A stretch of 64,000 nucleotides of DNA from assembly GCA_034669905.1 (NCBI GenBank), contig JAXMOL010000041.1, positions 1 to 64,000 of the forward strand, read 5' to 3'. The position numbers were made by a program, and so were the translations under genes. Origin of the DNA: Candidatus Hydrogenedentota bacterium (GTDB lineage Bacteria; Hydrogenedentota; Hydrogenedentia; Hydrogenedentales; JAEUWI01). The notes beneath the pieces were generated by a model that had not been told where the DNA came from, searched no databases, and saw nothing but the letters and a program-made list of their open reading frames with translations. Of the stretch, positions 1 through 9,066 are shown one piece after another; positions within the stretch are counted from its first letter, which is position 1, and each line of letters opens with the position of its first letter.

Positions 1-281
1 CGACCACCACGGGCGATATCGCAGACGGCCGTGGCTGACCGTGTAGGGACTGCCGCGCTTCGTGATGTGGGTACGAGCGGGCGCGCGAAGCCCAGCAGCG
101 GGACGACCACCACGAGCGAAAACGCTGACGGCCGTGGCTGTCCTGTCGTTGGTGAAGTTCACGACGCGCCAACAAGGGAAACGGGGCGGCAGACACATAC
201 CCCACCCCCCGTGTATCCGGATAGCTCGGAAGTCTACTGCCCCAACGACGGGACAGCCACACCGGTCAACGGCTTCCACCC
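1..281. repeat. Cluster of ~100-bp imperfect palindromic REP/REPIN-like elements; left flank of the helicase cassette
   Basis: GGGACTGCC at 46 ... GTGGCTGTCC ending at 143; a partial copy at 1-40; an inverted arm CCAACGACGGGACAGCCAC at ~242-260. Region 122-281 aligns by eye with 4095-4252. Confidence 0.75.
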
Positions 282-501
282 AAGCCAACACGCATCGTTT
301 TACAGTATAACTGGTTTCTAGTTCGTTGCGTTGAGGTCGAGACTCTCGCACCCACTAAGCGGTTGTTGATGGTAAATCCTGTACCTCGATTGCGCTCACT
401 TTATTCCTGTATAGTTTCAGAAGAATTAAACATGAGTAAGATGATTAATACCATTTTCTCTATTTGGGGTAGTTACACAATGTTCTGACCGGGGGAAATT
501 A

Positions 502-3500
502 ATGGATAACAAGAAAACGAATTCGAAGCTGGAGAATGGAGAATTCGAAGCCCGTAATAGAATTGCGGAAATGATTCCAGCCAGCAATTGGAAAGCCATC
601 GGGGAGATGAGCAACTCTCTTCCTTGGGGTCGCTGGACGCACCAGTACGATGCGTTCGCGTTTGTGATCAAGTACCTGAAGCGTACTGCCACGACCAAAG
701 CGCCAAAATCTGCGCTCATCCGGATGCCAACAGGAACTGGCAAGACAGGTGTCATGGCGCTAACGGCGGGCTACGCAACAAAACCTGTCGCAGACAAGAT
801 AATTCTCATCGTAGTACCATCCCGCGCACTGCGAATCCAAGTAAAAGAAGCAATTGATTGGAGATACTGGTCGGTAGTCGGGGCCAGACCAAGACTTTGG
901 AGACCTGTCAGAGAGTTCACTCCAAGTACACTCGGCAGTGCCCTTGGCGAATCTAACGACACATGGCTCGGTGATCCGCTTCAACCGGTACTTGTTTGTA
1001 CCACAACTACGATATCGATGCTAAGCGGTGACTCTGCGCGAAGAGAATCAGCCTACACCAGCCTCGAGCAAGAAAATGATATTGACGACGCAGAGGAAAA
1101 TGCCAAGATAAAGGACTACAAGGTCCTATATCGATCTTTGCTTGACCGAACTGGTCTGGTGCTTATTGATGAAGGACACCGCGAACCTGCCCCCGCATGG
1201 GCGCGAGCCATCCGACGATTTAACTGTCCCCGAATTCTATTCTCTGCAACACCCTACCGCAATGACCTACGACTCTTCGATATTGGGCGCAATGGGGACG
1301 GAGAAGAAAGAATCCAAAGCTCAAATTCACCTGAAAACCCAGGCCGAGCGATTTCCAATGGACCATATAGATTTGCTCTGCCGCTCAAAGTCGCCACAGA
1401 AAATTTGGTGATTCGAGAAGTTTCTTTCAAGTACCCTAGCTCTAACCTTGGCTGGTCATACTCGCAAGAGGGAAAGTCGCTTCCACTCGCTAATCGGGCG
1501 CGAAATTTTGCGAAAGCTATTTCAAAGCTAATGGCAAGTAAGGATGTAAATGAAATACAAACCTGGGGAGCACAACATGCCCAAACCGATGGGGCCTTAC
1601 CCTTATCTCCCCCGAAAGTTATCGTTCGATGTGCAACAGTCGAGGCCGTTCAAGCAGTCAAATTGGCACTCGAGCGAGAACCGAAAATAACTGATCAAGT
1701 CATAGCTGTTCATACACGATTCACACTGTCTGATGCCAAAAATAGCATGTATGGGGAAGTGCCCGACCTCGACTCCCCCGTCGCCCAAAAAGCAACTTTC
1801 TGGGTTCATCAAGATATGCTGATTGAAGGCTTGGATCACCCAGGTTTCTGGATAGTTGCTATCTTCGACACATTCGCAAATGAACGATCATTGATCCAGC
1901 AAATCGGGCGCATCCTACGCGAACCGACCAATTCAACATCACCCTATGCAATCGTCTTTAGCGATCGCGACCAGAATATCGAAGCCTCTTGGAAGCGTTA
2001 TACCCAATACGAAGCAGAACGGCCGACTATTGTTGGACCGGAAGAAATAGTTGAGCGATTCATTCAGTCGCTACCTAATTACTTTTACTCCAATGGCAGA
2101 TTTCGCCCAACCATCGACCTTTTCCGTGAAGAGAATCAAGACGAAATATGGGCCGAACTCAAGGTTGCTGCTCGCGCCCAGATTCTTCAGCGAGAAAAGT
2201 CAACAGCCGCGCCAAACGAGTCGGAAATAGAAGAATTCATCCAGGATATCTCTGACCGGCTTGAGCTAAGCAACTACACAACGGTACAGGTATTGCATCC
2301 ACCGTCGAGTAGTTCACTCGAAATGCGTGCCCTGATAACGCTCCGGGTTTCGGAATCATCACATATTGATCCGTCAAATTTTTTCGACATCAAGATCGGA
2401 CCAGCCGTGCTCATTTTTACAGAAAAGTTTCTATTCTGGCAGGGTCCCGTAGAAATTAGCCACTGCGCGAAAGACTATGGATTTACTCCTATCCCGTCCG
2501 TCGTTCTACGCACATTACTTGGAAAAAAATCACTTGTTAAACAAACGTCGACGCTTAACACGGACCTCAATACAGCCGCGATACGTAGGCGTTCAATGGG
2601 TGCGGTGGATCTACAACTGTCGGGTGTTACCCTTGGGGATGAAGGTCACGCAATTGTCAGCGCATATGCATCCAATGGCTCCGTTCGGAGAAACCTCAAC
2701 TTTGAACGCGGTCGCATCAACGAAGCGTTCACGGGCTTGCTATCACTTGATAAGTATGCTGCGTGGGCTGAATCCATCGCGGCTGAATTGGGCAAAGATA
2801 TGAGTTCCTATCCGGCAATGTTAAATCGATATGCAACCGAAGTCTCTGCGCCGGACGATGCTACCGCCGCCCATGTACTCATTGATCCCCGGTTATTCAG
2901 TGAGCATTTCACATATTCAGGAAGCGATACACAGGATTCGTCTGAAACTGATGATTCCCCTCCTTTTGGTGCGCTTCTCGAAGCGACCGCCACATCGCTT
3001 GACCCCGATCAAAAAGAGTTCGAGGCAAATATTGGTCCGGTGCGTACGAAATTTCGGATTAGGTATAAGCAGGGCCGTTTCGATGTTGGGCCGATGGACA
3101 AGAACAACTTTCTTTCCAACTTCACGAAGCGAGTTGAAAGCACGACGAATTGGAATCCAGAGACTCTGCTGACCTCGAAGGCGAGCATACAAGTAGTAAC
3201 TACCAACGGACTGATGTACACCAACGGCAGGTTTTACCAACCACGGAGATTATGGGGGTCCGACAGCACATCTCGATTACCCACCATCCACGGAATTAAA
3301 TCGCTCGGGAACGTAAAACATGGGGAGAAAGGATTCCAGGACAAAAAGCTCCGAACTCAAAAAATCGGAAGCAGAACGACTTGGCATTCTTCTTCCCTTT
3401 TCGGCATGATTGACCGAAAAAATCACGAAATATTCAAAGATACAAACTTCAATCCGAGGTGGCTGGTTTGCGACGACATGGGATCAGAGTACGCTGACTT

Positions 3501-3981
3501 TATCGCGCTAGACGATTCATCGGATAGGTCACCCAGACTTGTGATGATCCACTGTAAGATGGGAAACTCAACGTCTGAAAAATCTACCGCTGCTGCTGAT
3601 CTACACATTGTCATCTCGCAGGCGTTAAAGAACCTCGGCCTGTTTTCGGACAATACTGGTATGCTCGATATCCGTGGAGAAAAATGGGACGGCGTTTTTC
3701 ATAAGAACAGGAATCTACCACTAATAAGACGTTCAGCCAGGCGAAATGTTAACGGATCCGATATTGTAAGTCGACTAAAAGAGGCATTGCGTTCACCTGA
3801 TGTCCGCCGCGAAGTCTGGTTAGTTATGGGCAACAGCGTATCTGCCAATGAAACGAAGAATGCGAGCACTTCAACAAGTCGCCCCGAACCGCACAAGATT
3901 CACTTGCTCTATCTACTTCAATCAATGAAATCCAGCGCGAACTCACTTGGCATCCAACTTCGCCTTATAGCTAAGCCCTAG
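502..3981 (+). CDS. SF2 (DEAD/DEAH, type III Res-like) helicase with putative C-terminal PD-(D/E)XK nuclease; candidate anti-phage protein
   Basis: Motifs MPTGTGKT (I), LIDEGH (II), FSATP (III), MLIEGLD (V), QQIGRILR (VI). C-terminal CDDMGSEYADFI...LVMIHCK resembles a restriction-endonuclease-fold active site. More A/T-ending codons than neighbouring genes. Confidence 0.8.
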   Translation: MDNKKTNSKLENGEFEARNRIAEMIPASNWKAIGEMSNSLPWGRWTHQYDAFAFVIKYLKRTATTKAPKSALIRMPTGTGKTGVMALTAGYATKPVADKIILIVVPSRALRIQVKEAIDWRYWSVVGARPRLWRPVREFTPSTLGSALGESNDTWLGDPLQPVLVCTTTTISMLSGDSARRESAYTSLEQENDIDDAEENAKIKDYKVLYRSLLDRTGLVLIDEGHREPAPAWARAIRRFNCPRILFSATPYRNDLRLFDIGRNGDGEERIQSSNSPENPGRAISNGPYRFALPLKVATENLVIREVSFKYPSSNLGWSYSQEGKSLPLANRARNFAKAISKLMASKDVNEIQTWGAQHAQTDGALPLSPPKVIVRCATVEAVQAVKLALEREPKITDQVIAVHTRFTLSDAKNSMYGEVPDLDSPVAQKATFWVHQDMLIEGLDHPGFWIVAIFDTFANERSLIQQIGRILREPTNSTSPYAIVFSDRDQNIEASWKRYTQYEAERPTIVGPEEIVERFIQSLPNYFYSNGRFRPTIDLFREENQDEIWAELKVAARAQILQREKSTAAPNESEIEEFIQDISDRLELSNYTTVQVLHPPSSSSLEMRALITLRVSESSHIDPSNFFDIKIGPAVLIFTEKFLFWQGPVEISHCAKDYGFTPIPSVVLRTLLGKKSLVKQTSTLNTDLNTAAIRRRSMGAVDLQLSGVTLGDEGHAIVSAYASNGSVRRNLNFERGRINEAFTGLLSLDKYAAWAESIAAELGKDMSSYPAMLNRYATEVSAPDDATAAHVLIDPRLFSEHFTYSGSDTQDSSETDDSPPFGALLEATATSLDPDQKEFEANIGPVRTKFRIRYKQGRFDVGPMDKNNFLSNFTKRVESTTNWNPETLLTSKASIQVVTTNGLMYTNGRFYQPRRLWGSDSTSRLPTIHGIKSLGNVKHGEKGFQDKKLRTQKIGSRTTWHSSSLFGMIDRKNHEIFKDTNFNPRWLVCDDMGSEYADFIALDDSSDRSPRLVMIHCKMGNSTSEKSTAAADLHIVISQALKNLGLFSDNTGMLDIRGEKWDGVFHKNRNLPLIRRSARRNVNGSDIVSRLKEALRSPDVRREVWLVMGNSVSANETKNASTSTSRPEPHKIHLLYLLQSMKSSANSLGIQLRLIAKP

Positions 3982-4094
3982 ATTCCTCGTGCAATCGCCT
4001 TGAGTATGAAGTACTCTCACAATACTTAAGAGTATGACGACGTTCTAGTGACTCGTTGTCATGTCGGCGGCCACACCGCAATGTCCACTCGCAG

Positions 4095-4320
4095 ACGATG
4101 ACGGCTGTGGCTGTCCCGTCGTTAGTGAAGTGCTCGGTGTGCCAGCAAGGCGACGTGACGCAGGTGCACCCGCCGCCCCACGTGTGCATGGATGGCTCGG
4201 AAGTCTGCTGCCCCAACGACGGGACAGCCACACCGGTCAACGGGTTCCACCCTACTCCACACACCCCTTTCCGCTGGGAAGACACCACTTCGTTTCCAAG
4301 ACGTAGGGTGAGGCAGTCCC
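4095..4320. repeat. REP/REPIN-like doublet; right flank of the helicase cassette
   Basis: Direct copy of 122-281 at 4095-4252, plus a complete minus-strand element 4221-4320 (GGGACTGCCTCACC...GGTGTGGCTGTCCC). Confidence 0.75.
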
Positions 4321-4345
4321 TGAATGTCATGGCAGGTCCTTCGAA

Positions 4346-5035
4346 TCAGCTCAGGGTACCTTCGATGTGGGCGCGGAGGACGTTGCGGACTAGGTCGCGA
4401 TCGCCGCGTTCGATGCCTTCGACGATGAGGTGGTGTTCGCGGATGGCCCGTTGGGCGTCTTCGCCGGGCTTGGGGTCGGCCACGGTGGAGGCGAGGAAGT
4501 AGTCGGATAAGACCCGGTGCATCCCGGCGATAAGTTCGTTGCCGGTCATGTCGAGGAAGACGCAGTGGAAGGCGAGGTCCAGTTGGTCGGCGTCAGCGCT
4601 GTGTCCATGGACCGCGGCAATGCGTTCGAAGTCGGAGGCCCGCTGCCGCAATTCGGCTACCTGCGCTTCCGTCGCATGGGGCACGGCCAGATCGACCGCC
4701 CCCAGTTCCAACACGTAGCGCAGTTGGGCCAGGTGGGTCAGGGCTGAGCCATCGGTGCCGCGGCCATAGAGGGGCACCCACCGTTCCATCTGTTCCACGG
4801 GGTCGGGCCGATCAATCAAGAGCCCCTTCCGCTGGCGACTTTTCAGGATGCCCATGGCCCGCAACTGACTGAGGGCCTCGCGGGATATACTCCGGGAAAC
4901 CGCATAGTGCTCCGACACCTGCTCGCCGGTCATGAAGAGATCGCCTTCCTGCAATTCCGAGGCGACGATGTCGGCATGGATGCGGGTGGCGACCGTGTTG
5001 GCGAGGGTATCGCTATTGGGTTCGGGTATGGACAT
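4346..5035 (-). CDS. GntR/FadR-family transcriptional regulator
   Basis: N-terminal wHTH (VSRSISREALSQLRAMG) and FCD domain (LRYVLE, DLAFH, AIREHHLI). Start set at ATG 5035 with AGAGGT RBS. Confidence 0.9.
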   Translation of the reverse strand: MSIPEPNSDTLANTVATRIHADIVASELQEGDLFMTGEQVSEHYAVSRSISREALSQLRAMGILKSRQRKGLLIDRPDPVEQMERWVPLYGRGTDGSALTHLAQLRYVLELGAVDLAVPHATEAQVAELRQRASDFERIAAVHGHSADADQLDLAFHCVFLDMTGNELIAGMHRVLSDYFLASTVADPKPGEDAQRAIREHHLIVEGIERGDRDLVRNVLRAHIEGTLS

Positions 5036-5133
5036 GATGAAATAGTACCTCTTTTTATTGACTTTCACTCATTTTTAGTCTATTTTAGTAGACATCAATC
5101 GATATAGTCATACTTTATCACAGAAAGCACCCC
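5036..5133. promoter_or_regulatory. Divergent AT-rich promoter region with candidate GntR operator
   Basis: Inverted repeat GTCTA-N6-TAGAC at 5078-5093 and TAGTCATACTT at ~5105-5115, between the regulator and kdsB. Confidence 0.4.
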
Positions 5134-5892
5134 ATGAGCACTCCTACGGTTACCGGTATTATCCCGGCACGTTATGGCTCCACCCGACTCCCGGGCAAGC
5201 CCTTGAAAATGATTGGCGGAAAATCCATGATCGAGCGGGTCTACGCCCGGTGCCTGGAGGCAACCCTCCTGGACCACCTGGTGGTTGCCACCGATGATAC
5301 GCGAATCGTCGAGGCCGTAACAGCCTTTGGCGGAAAGGCGGTCATGACGAAGGTGGACCACGTGAGTGGCACCGACCGGCTGGCCGAAGCGGCGACCCAG
5401 GTGGAGGGCGATATCATCGTCAATATTCAGGGCGACCAGCCCTTTATCGACCCCGTCATGATTGGCGAAGGGGTCCAGCCCCTCCTGGATGATCCCACGT
5501 TGGAAATAGCCACCCTCATGTACCCCATTTCCCGTCCGGAAGATCTGGCGGACCCCGGAGTGGTCAAGGTAGTGACCGACCTGAAGGGCAATGCGCTCTA
5601 TTTTTCGCGCTCCCTCATCCCCTATCCCCGGGAAACCATTGAACATAATGTCTATGAACATGTGGGCCTCTACGTGTATCGTAAGGATACGCTGTTGAAG
5701 CTGGCGGGCCTGGCACCCACGCCCCTGGAAAACATCGAGGCGCTGGAGCAACTGCGTTGGCTGCAGCATGGCCTGCGCATTCATGTCCGGGAGACCCAAT
5801 GCGCCGATCAGGCTTTCAGTGGATTGAGTGTCGACACGGCGGAAGATCTGGCCCGCGCCGGAGCGCTGTTGAAAGAACGGGGAATCGAGTAG
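5134..5892 (+). CDS. kdsB: 3-deoxy-manno-octulosonate cytidylyltransferase (CMP-Kdo synthetase)
   Basis: IIPARYGSTRLPGKPL, VATDD, SGTDR, NIQGDQP, ALYFSRSLIP, LEQLRWL and SVDT motifs. Confidence 0.92.
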   Translation: MSTPTVTGIIPARYGSTRLPGKPLKMIGGKSMIERVYARCLEATLLDHLVVATDDTRIVEAVTAFGGKAVMTKVDHVSGTDRLAEAATQVEGDIIVNIQGDQPFIDPVMIGEGVQPLLDDPTLEIATLMYPISRPEDLADPGVVKVVTDLKGNALYFSRSLIPYPRETIEHNVYEHVGLYVYRKDTLLKLAGLAPTPLENIEALEQLRWLQHGLRIHVRETQCADQAFSGLSVDTAEDLARAGALLKERGIE

Positions 5893-5917
5893 GTCCCTTT
5901 GCAAATTATACTGCACG

Positions 5918-5994
5918 GTGGACTGGGTGGACGTTGTGGACCAAGTGGACACCATAAGCCGGTCCACATCGTCCACATAGTCCACGCCATCCAC
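5918..5994. repeat. Hairpin of 9-bp-period GTGGAC x4 / GTCCAC x4
   Basis: GTGGAC at 5918, 5927, 5936, 5945; 11-nt loop; GTCCAC at 5962, 5971, 5980 and ATCCAC at 5989. Confidence 0.9.
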
Positions 5995-6043
5995 AGTAGT
6001 ACATGGCGCGGCCCCAAACCCGCGCACAAAACGGAGTACCCCG

Positions 6044-7312
6044 ATGAAAATCAACCCCGACACCATGGCCGCCCTGGCGGAGAAGCTCGATGAAACGATG
6101 GGCGCCCGCGTCGACCAGACGGTGGATGCCATCGTTGCCGCCAAAGAAAAGGGCGGGAAGGTGGCGGTCGTCACGGGCAGTGGCCCCAACATCCACGAAG
6201 GCGTGACGACCCTGATCGCCGAACTCATGCGCGTCGGGGTTATCGACGGGGTCACCACGAGCTCGGCCACCATCTCCCACGAAATGGGCGGCACGCTGGA
6301 CAAGGTGAAGCGGTGCAACGGGAAAGAGCTGGGCCTCGACCCCTTCCTCTTGCCCCGGGGCCACGACTTCGAACTTACCGAGATGGATCCCCACACGCTG
6401 GCCCAGATCGAGGCCCACATGCCGGTGGAGTATTCCCTTATGGAAGCCCTGAAAAAGGCGGAAGGCCGCACCATCATCAAGGCGGCGGGCAATCTGGGCT
6501 ACCCGGTGGGCCTCTGGATTGAACATCTTTCGTGGGAAATCATGGCCCTCGCCAAGAGCTATGGCGCGAGCTTCGAAGAGATCGCCGGGCTCGGTGCCGA
6601 TGAGCGGACCATGATTGGTATGGGCGCGAAGATGGGCCTGCCCGTCATGGTGACCATCCCCCAGTTGATTGGTGGCGGTGCCACGGGCCTGTGTATTGGC
6701 GACAGCATCAGCCTCACCGAGCGGGCTACCCGACTTGCGCGTATGCTGTCCAGCGCCGATGTCATCATTGAATCGGGCGTGGCGTTGACCCAGGAGATTC
6801 ACGACGGGCCCTTCGAGCGTTACACGGGCCACGGACTCTGGGCCGCCTGGCACGGCCATTTTTCCTATTCCCTCGAAGGCAAGACCCTGGTGCGCTTCGA
6901 CCTGGACCCCGCCCTGGAGCAGGTCTACCAGGCCGAGCAACACGGCAGTGCGGTCCAGCAGGCCATCGCCGACGGACAGCCCAAGACCAAGCTCTTTAAG
7001 GTGCCCTTCCGCATGGAGATGTCCGGCTTCGCCCGCCACGAGGGCAGCATCCCCGTGATTGGCGACATTGGCGTCATCTGGCCGTTGGTGGCCTGGAAGC
7101 TCCAGGAGCGTCTCGGGTTCGATTTGGAGTTCTTGTCCTACCCCCAGCAAACGGAAGAAGGCCAGGCCATGCGCGAGATGATTGTGCAGGACGTGAAGCC
7201 CATCGACCGGGAGAAGATGCTGGCGGGACTCAAACAACACACGACCAACAATCCCTGCCGCTGGAATGGCGGCGCGCCCGTGCCCCTCGACGGTAGTTTT
7301 TTGGAGGAGTGA
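6044..7312 (+). CDS. Deoxyhypusine-synthase-like (DHS-like NAD-binding fold) protein of unknown function
   Basis: VVTGSGPNIHEGVTTLIAELMRVGVIDGVTTSSATISHE and MIGMGAKMGLPVMV segments parallel DHS-family motifs; good RBS (GGAG). Confidence 0.55.
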   Translation: MKINPDTMAALAEKLDETMGARVDQTVDAIVAAKEKGGKVAVVTGSGPNIHEGVTTLIAELMRVGVIDGVTTSSATISHEMGGTLDKVKRCNGKELGLDPFLLPRGHDFELTEMDPHTLAQIEAHMPVEYSLMEALKKAEGRTIIKAAGNLGYPVGLWIEHLSWEIMALAKSYGASFEEIAGLGADERTMIGMGAKMGLPVMVTIPQLIGGGATGLCIGDSISLTERATRLARMLSSADVIIESGVALTQEIHDGPFERYTGHGLWAAWHGHFSYSLEGKTLVRFDLDPALEQVYQAEQHGSAVQQAIADGQPKTKLFKVPFRMEMSGFARHEGSIPVIGDIGVIWPLVAWKLQERLGFDLEFLSYPQQTEEGQAMREMIVQDVKPIDREKMLAGLKQHTTNNPCRWNGGAPVPLDGSFLEE

Positions 7313-7313
7313 G

Positions 7314-7448
7314 GGGACTGCCTCCGCACCGGAAGAGCGCCACGAAATGCAACGTGGACGTAACCTAAGACAGGACACGTGATTCTAGACCCAGCACCCG
7401 GGTGTGCGAGGCTGTACCGGCAGTGTTGGTGACGTTACATGAACCACG
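7314..7448 (+). repeat. ~104-bp palindromic element plus conserved tail
   Basis: GGGACTGCCTCCGCACC - ~70 nt - GGTGTGCGAGGCTGTACCGGCAGTGTTGGTG. Confidence 0.85.
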
Positions 7449-7539
7449 CTAACCAGACGACTTGGCGTACTGCCGGGACAGTCCCTTTTTCGCTTGGGGC
7501 GAAAGAGTTGACAGTCCCGTCCACAAGAAAGTGAGCATC

Positions 7540-8712
7540 ATGAACACCCACTACATCACCGTCCTCTCCAGCCTGCTCGCCCTGTGCAGCCTGGCCCCCG
7601 CCGCGCCCCTGTTTCAGACCCAGGACATTTTCCCACCGCAGGAACAGCACACCCACAGCAGCAGCCTCGTGGAGACGCCCGGCGGCGACCTCCTGACCTG
7701 CTGGTTTCAGGGCTCGGGCGAACGTACGGCCGATGATGTGGTGGTCAATGGCGCCCGCCTGAACAACGGCAAGGGCACCTGGAGCACCCCCTTCCTCATG
7801 GCCGACACCCCCGGCTTTCCCGACACCAATCCCGTGCTCTGGATCAACAAATCCAATGAGCTCCGCCTCATCTGGTTCCCCGTGCTGGCCCACCGTTGGG
7901 AATGTGGCTATCTCAAATACCGCATCGCCACCGACTACGAAGGTCCCGGCGCGCCGAAGTGGTCCTGGCAGGACAACATTCACCTCAAGCCCGGTGAGGA
8001 CTTCGCGACCATCTTCGCCCGGAAGCACCGGGAGATGGGCTTTGACGAGGGCATGTGGGCCGAATACGCCCGGCCCTACATCGAAGATCTGGAGAACGCC
8101 GCGAAGGACGCCTATAAGCGCCAGACCGGCTGGATGCCCCGGGTCCACCCCACCACCCTCTCGACCGGGCGGGTCTTGCTCCCCCTCTATTCTGATGGCT
8201 TTAACATTTCGCTCATCGCCATTTCGGACGATGATGGCGCCACCTGGTATGCCAGCGAACCCCTGGTCGGCGAAGGGCCCACCCAGCCCAGCCTCATCGA
8301 AAAGAAAGACGGCACCATCGCGGCCTACATCCGCGATACGGGACGGGAGCCGTGGGTCATCCAGTATTCCGAGTCAAAAGACGGCGGCGTAAGCTGGAGT
8401 CCGTCGGTGGACCTCGATATTCCCAATCCCGATTCGAGCCTGGAAGTAATTCTTTTGGCGACGGGGGAATGGCTCATGGTCTGCAACGACCTCGCCGACA
8501 GCCGCGCCCAATTGACGGCCTACACCTCCGACGATGAAGGGGCAACCTGGAAATGGAAGCGCGTCATCGAGTCGGGCGGTCACGAATACTCCTACCCGTC
8601 GGTGATTCAAAGTCGCGACGGCAATATTCAGATGACCTACACCCGAAAGACCGACGCAGGCAAGACCATCGCCCACACCGTGGTGAATCTGGAATGGCTG
8701 AAGGGCGAGTAG
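7540..8712 (+). CDS. Secreted sialidase-family / BNR-repeat (GH33-like) beta-propeller hydrolase
   Basis: Signal peptide; Asp-boxes SDDDGATW, SKDGGVSW, SDDEGATW; YSYPS motif. Confidence 0.85.
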   Translation: MNTHYITVLSSLLALCSLAPAAPLFQTQDIFPPQEQHTHSSSLVETPGGDLLTCWFQGSGERTADDVVVNGARLNNGKGTWSTPFLMADTPGFPDTNPVLWINKSNELRLIWFPVLAHRWECGYLKYRIATDYEGPGAPKWSWQDNIHLKPGEDFATIFARKHREMGFDEGMWAEYARPYIEDLENAAKDAYKRQTGWMPRVHPTTLSTGRVLLPLYSDGFNISLIAISDDDGATWYASEPLVGEGPTQPSLIEKKDGTIAAYIRDTGREPWVIQYSESKDGGVSWSPSVDLDIPNPDSSLEVILLATGEWLMVCNDLADSRAQLTAYTSDDEGATWKWKRVIESGGHEYSYPSVIQSRDGNIQMTYTRKTDAGKTIAHTVVNLEWLKGE

Positions 8713-8757
8713 GGGCGGTCGGTTTGAACGGACTTAATTAATTTTAGAACAAACTTG

Positions 8758-9051
8758 GTGGACATTGTGGACGGAGTGGACCAGATGGACAACGACGGCG
8801 TGTCCACAAGAATGGGACTGCCTTCGCACTTCGGAGACGTTTTGAATGGCAAGTCGCTTTACAACCGAACGAGAAACCAATTTTTACGAACAAGACCTCG
8901 GTGTGCGAGGCTGTACCGGCAGTGATGGTGCGTTACACTAACCACGGTAGCACCATCACCTGCAAACAAACGCGGTGGACATAGTGGACGATGTGGACGT
9001 CGTGGACGGTAACCAAACGTCCACATCGTCCACCACGTCCACACTGTCCAC
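8758..9051. repeat. Two GTGGAC/GTCCAC hairpins with a 104-bp palindromic element (8814-8917) between them
   Basis: Truncated hairpin 8758-8807; complete hairpin 8975-9051 with 11-nt loop; GGGACTGCCTTCGCAC...GTGTGCGAGGCTGTACC. Confidence 0.85.
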
Positions 9052-9066
9052 AAGAAAGAAAACATC

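Noticed and set aside
31..321. Short ORFs within repeat regions (also 4056-4502, 15400-15708 and 60151-60878)
   Set aside because: Translations of palindromic repeat DNA; no HUH or other transposase motifs.
282..4094. Integron cassette or type III R-M interpretation of the helicase gene
   Set aside because: No RYYYAAC...GTTRRRY attC structure and no adjacent methyltransferase in the window; sequence left of position 1 cannot be seen.
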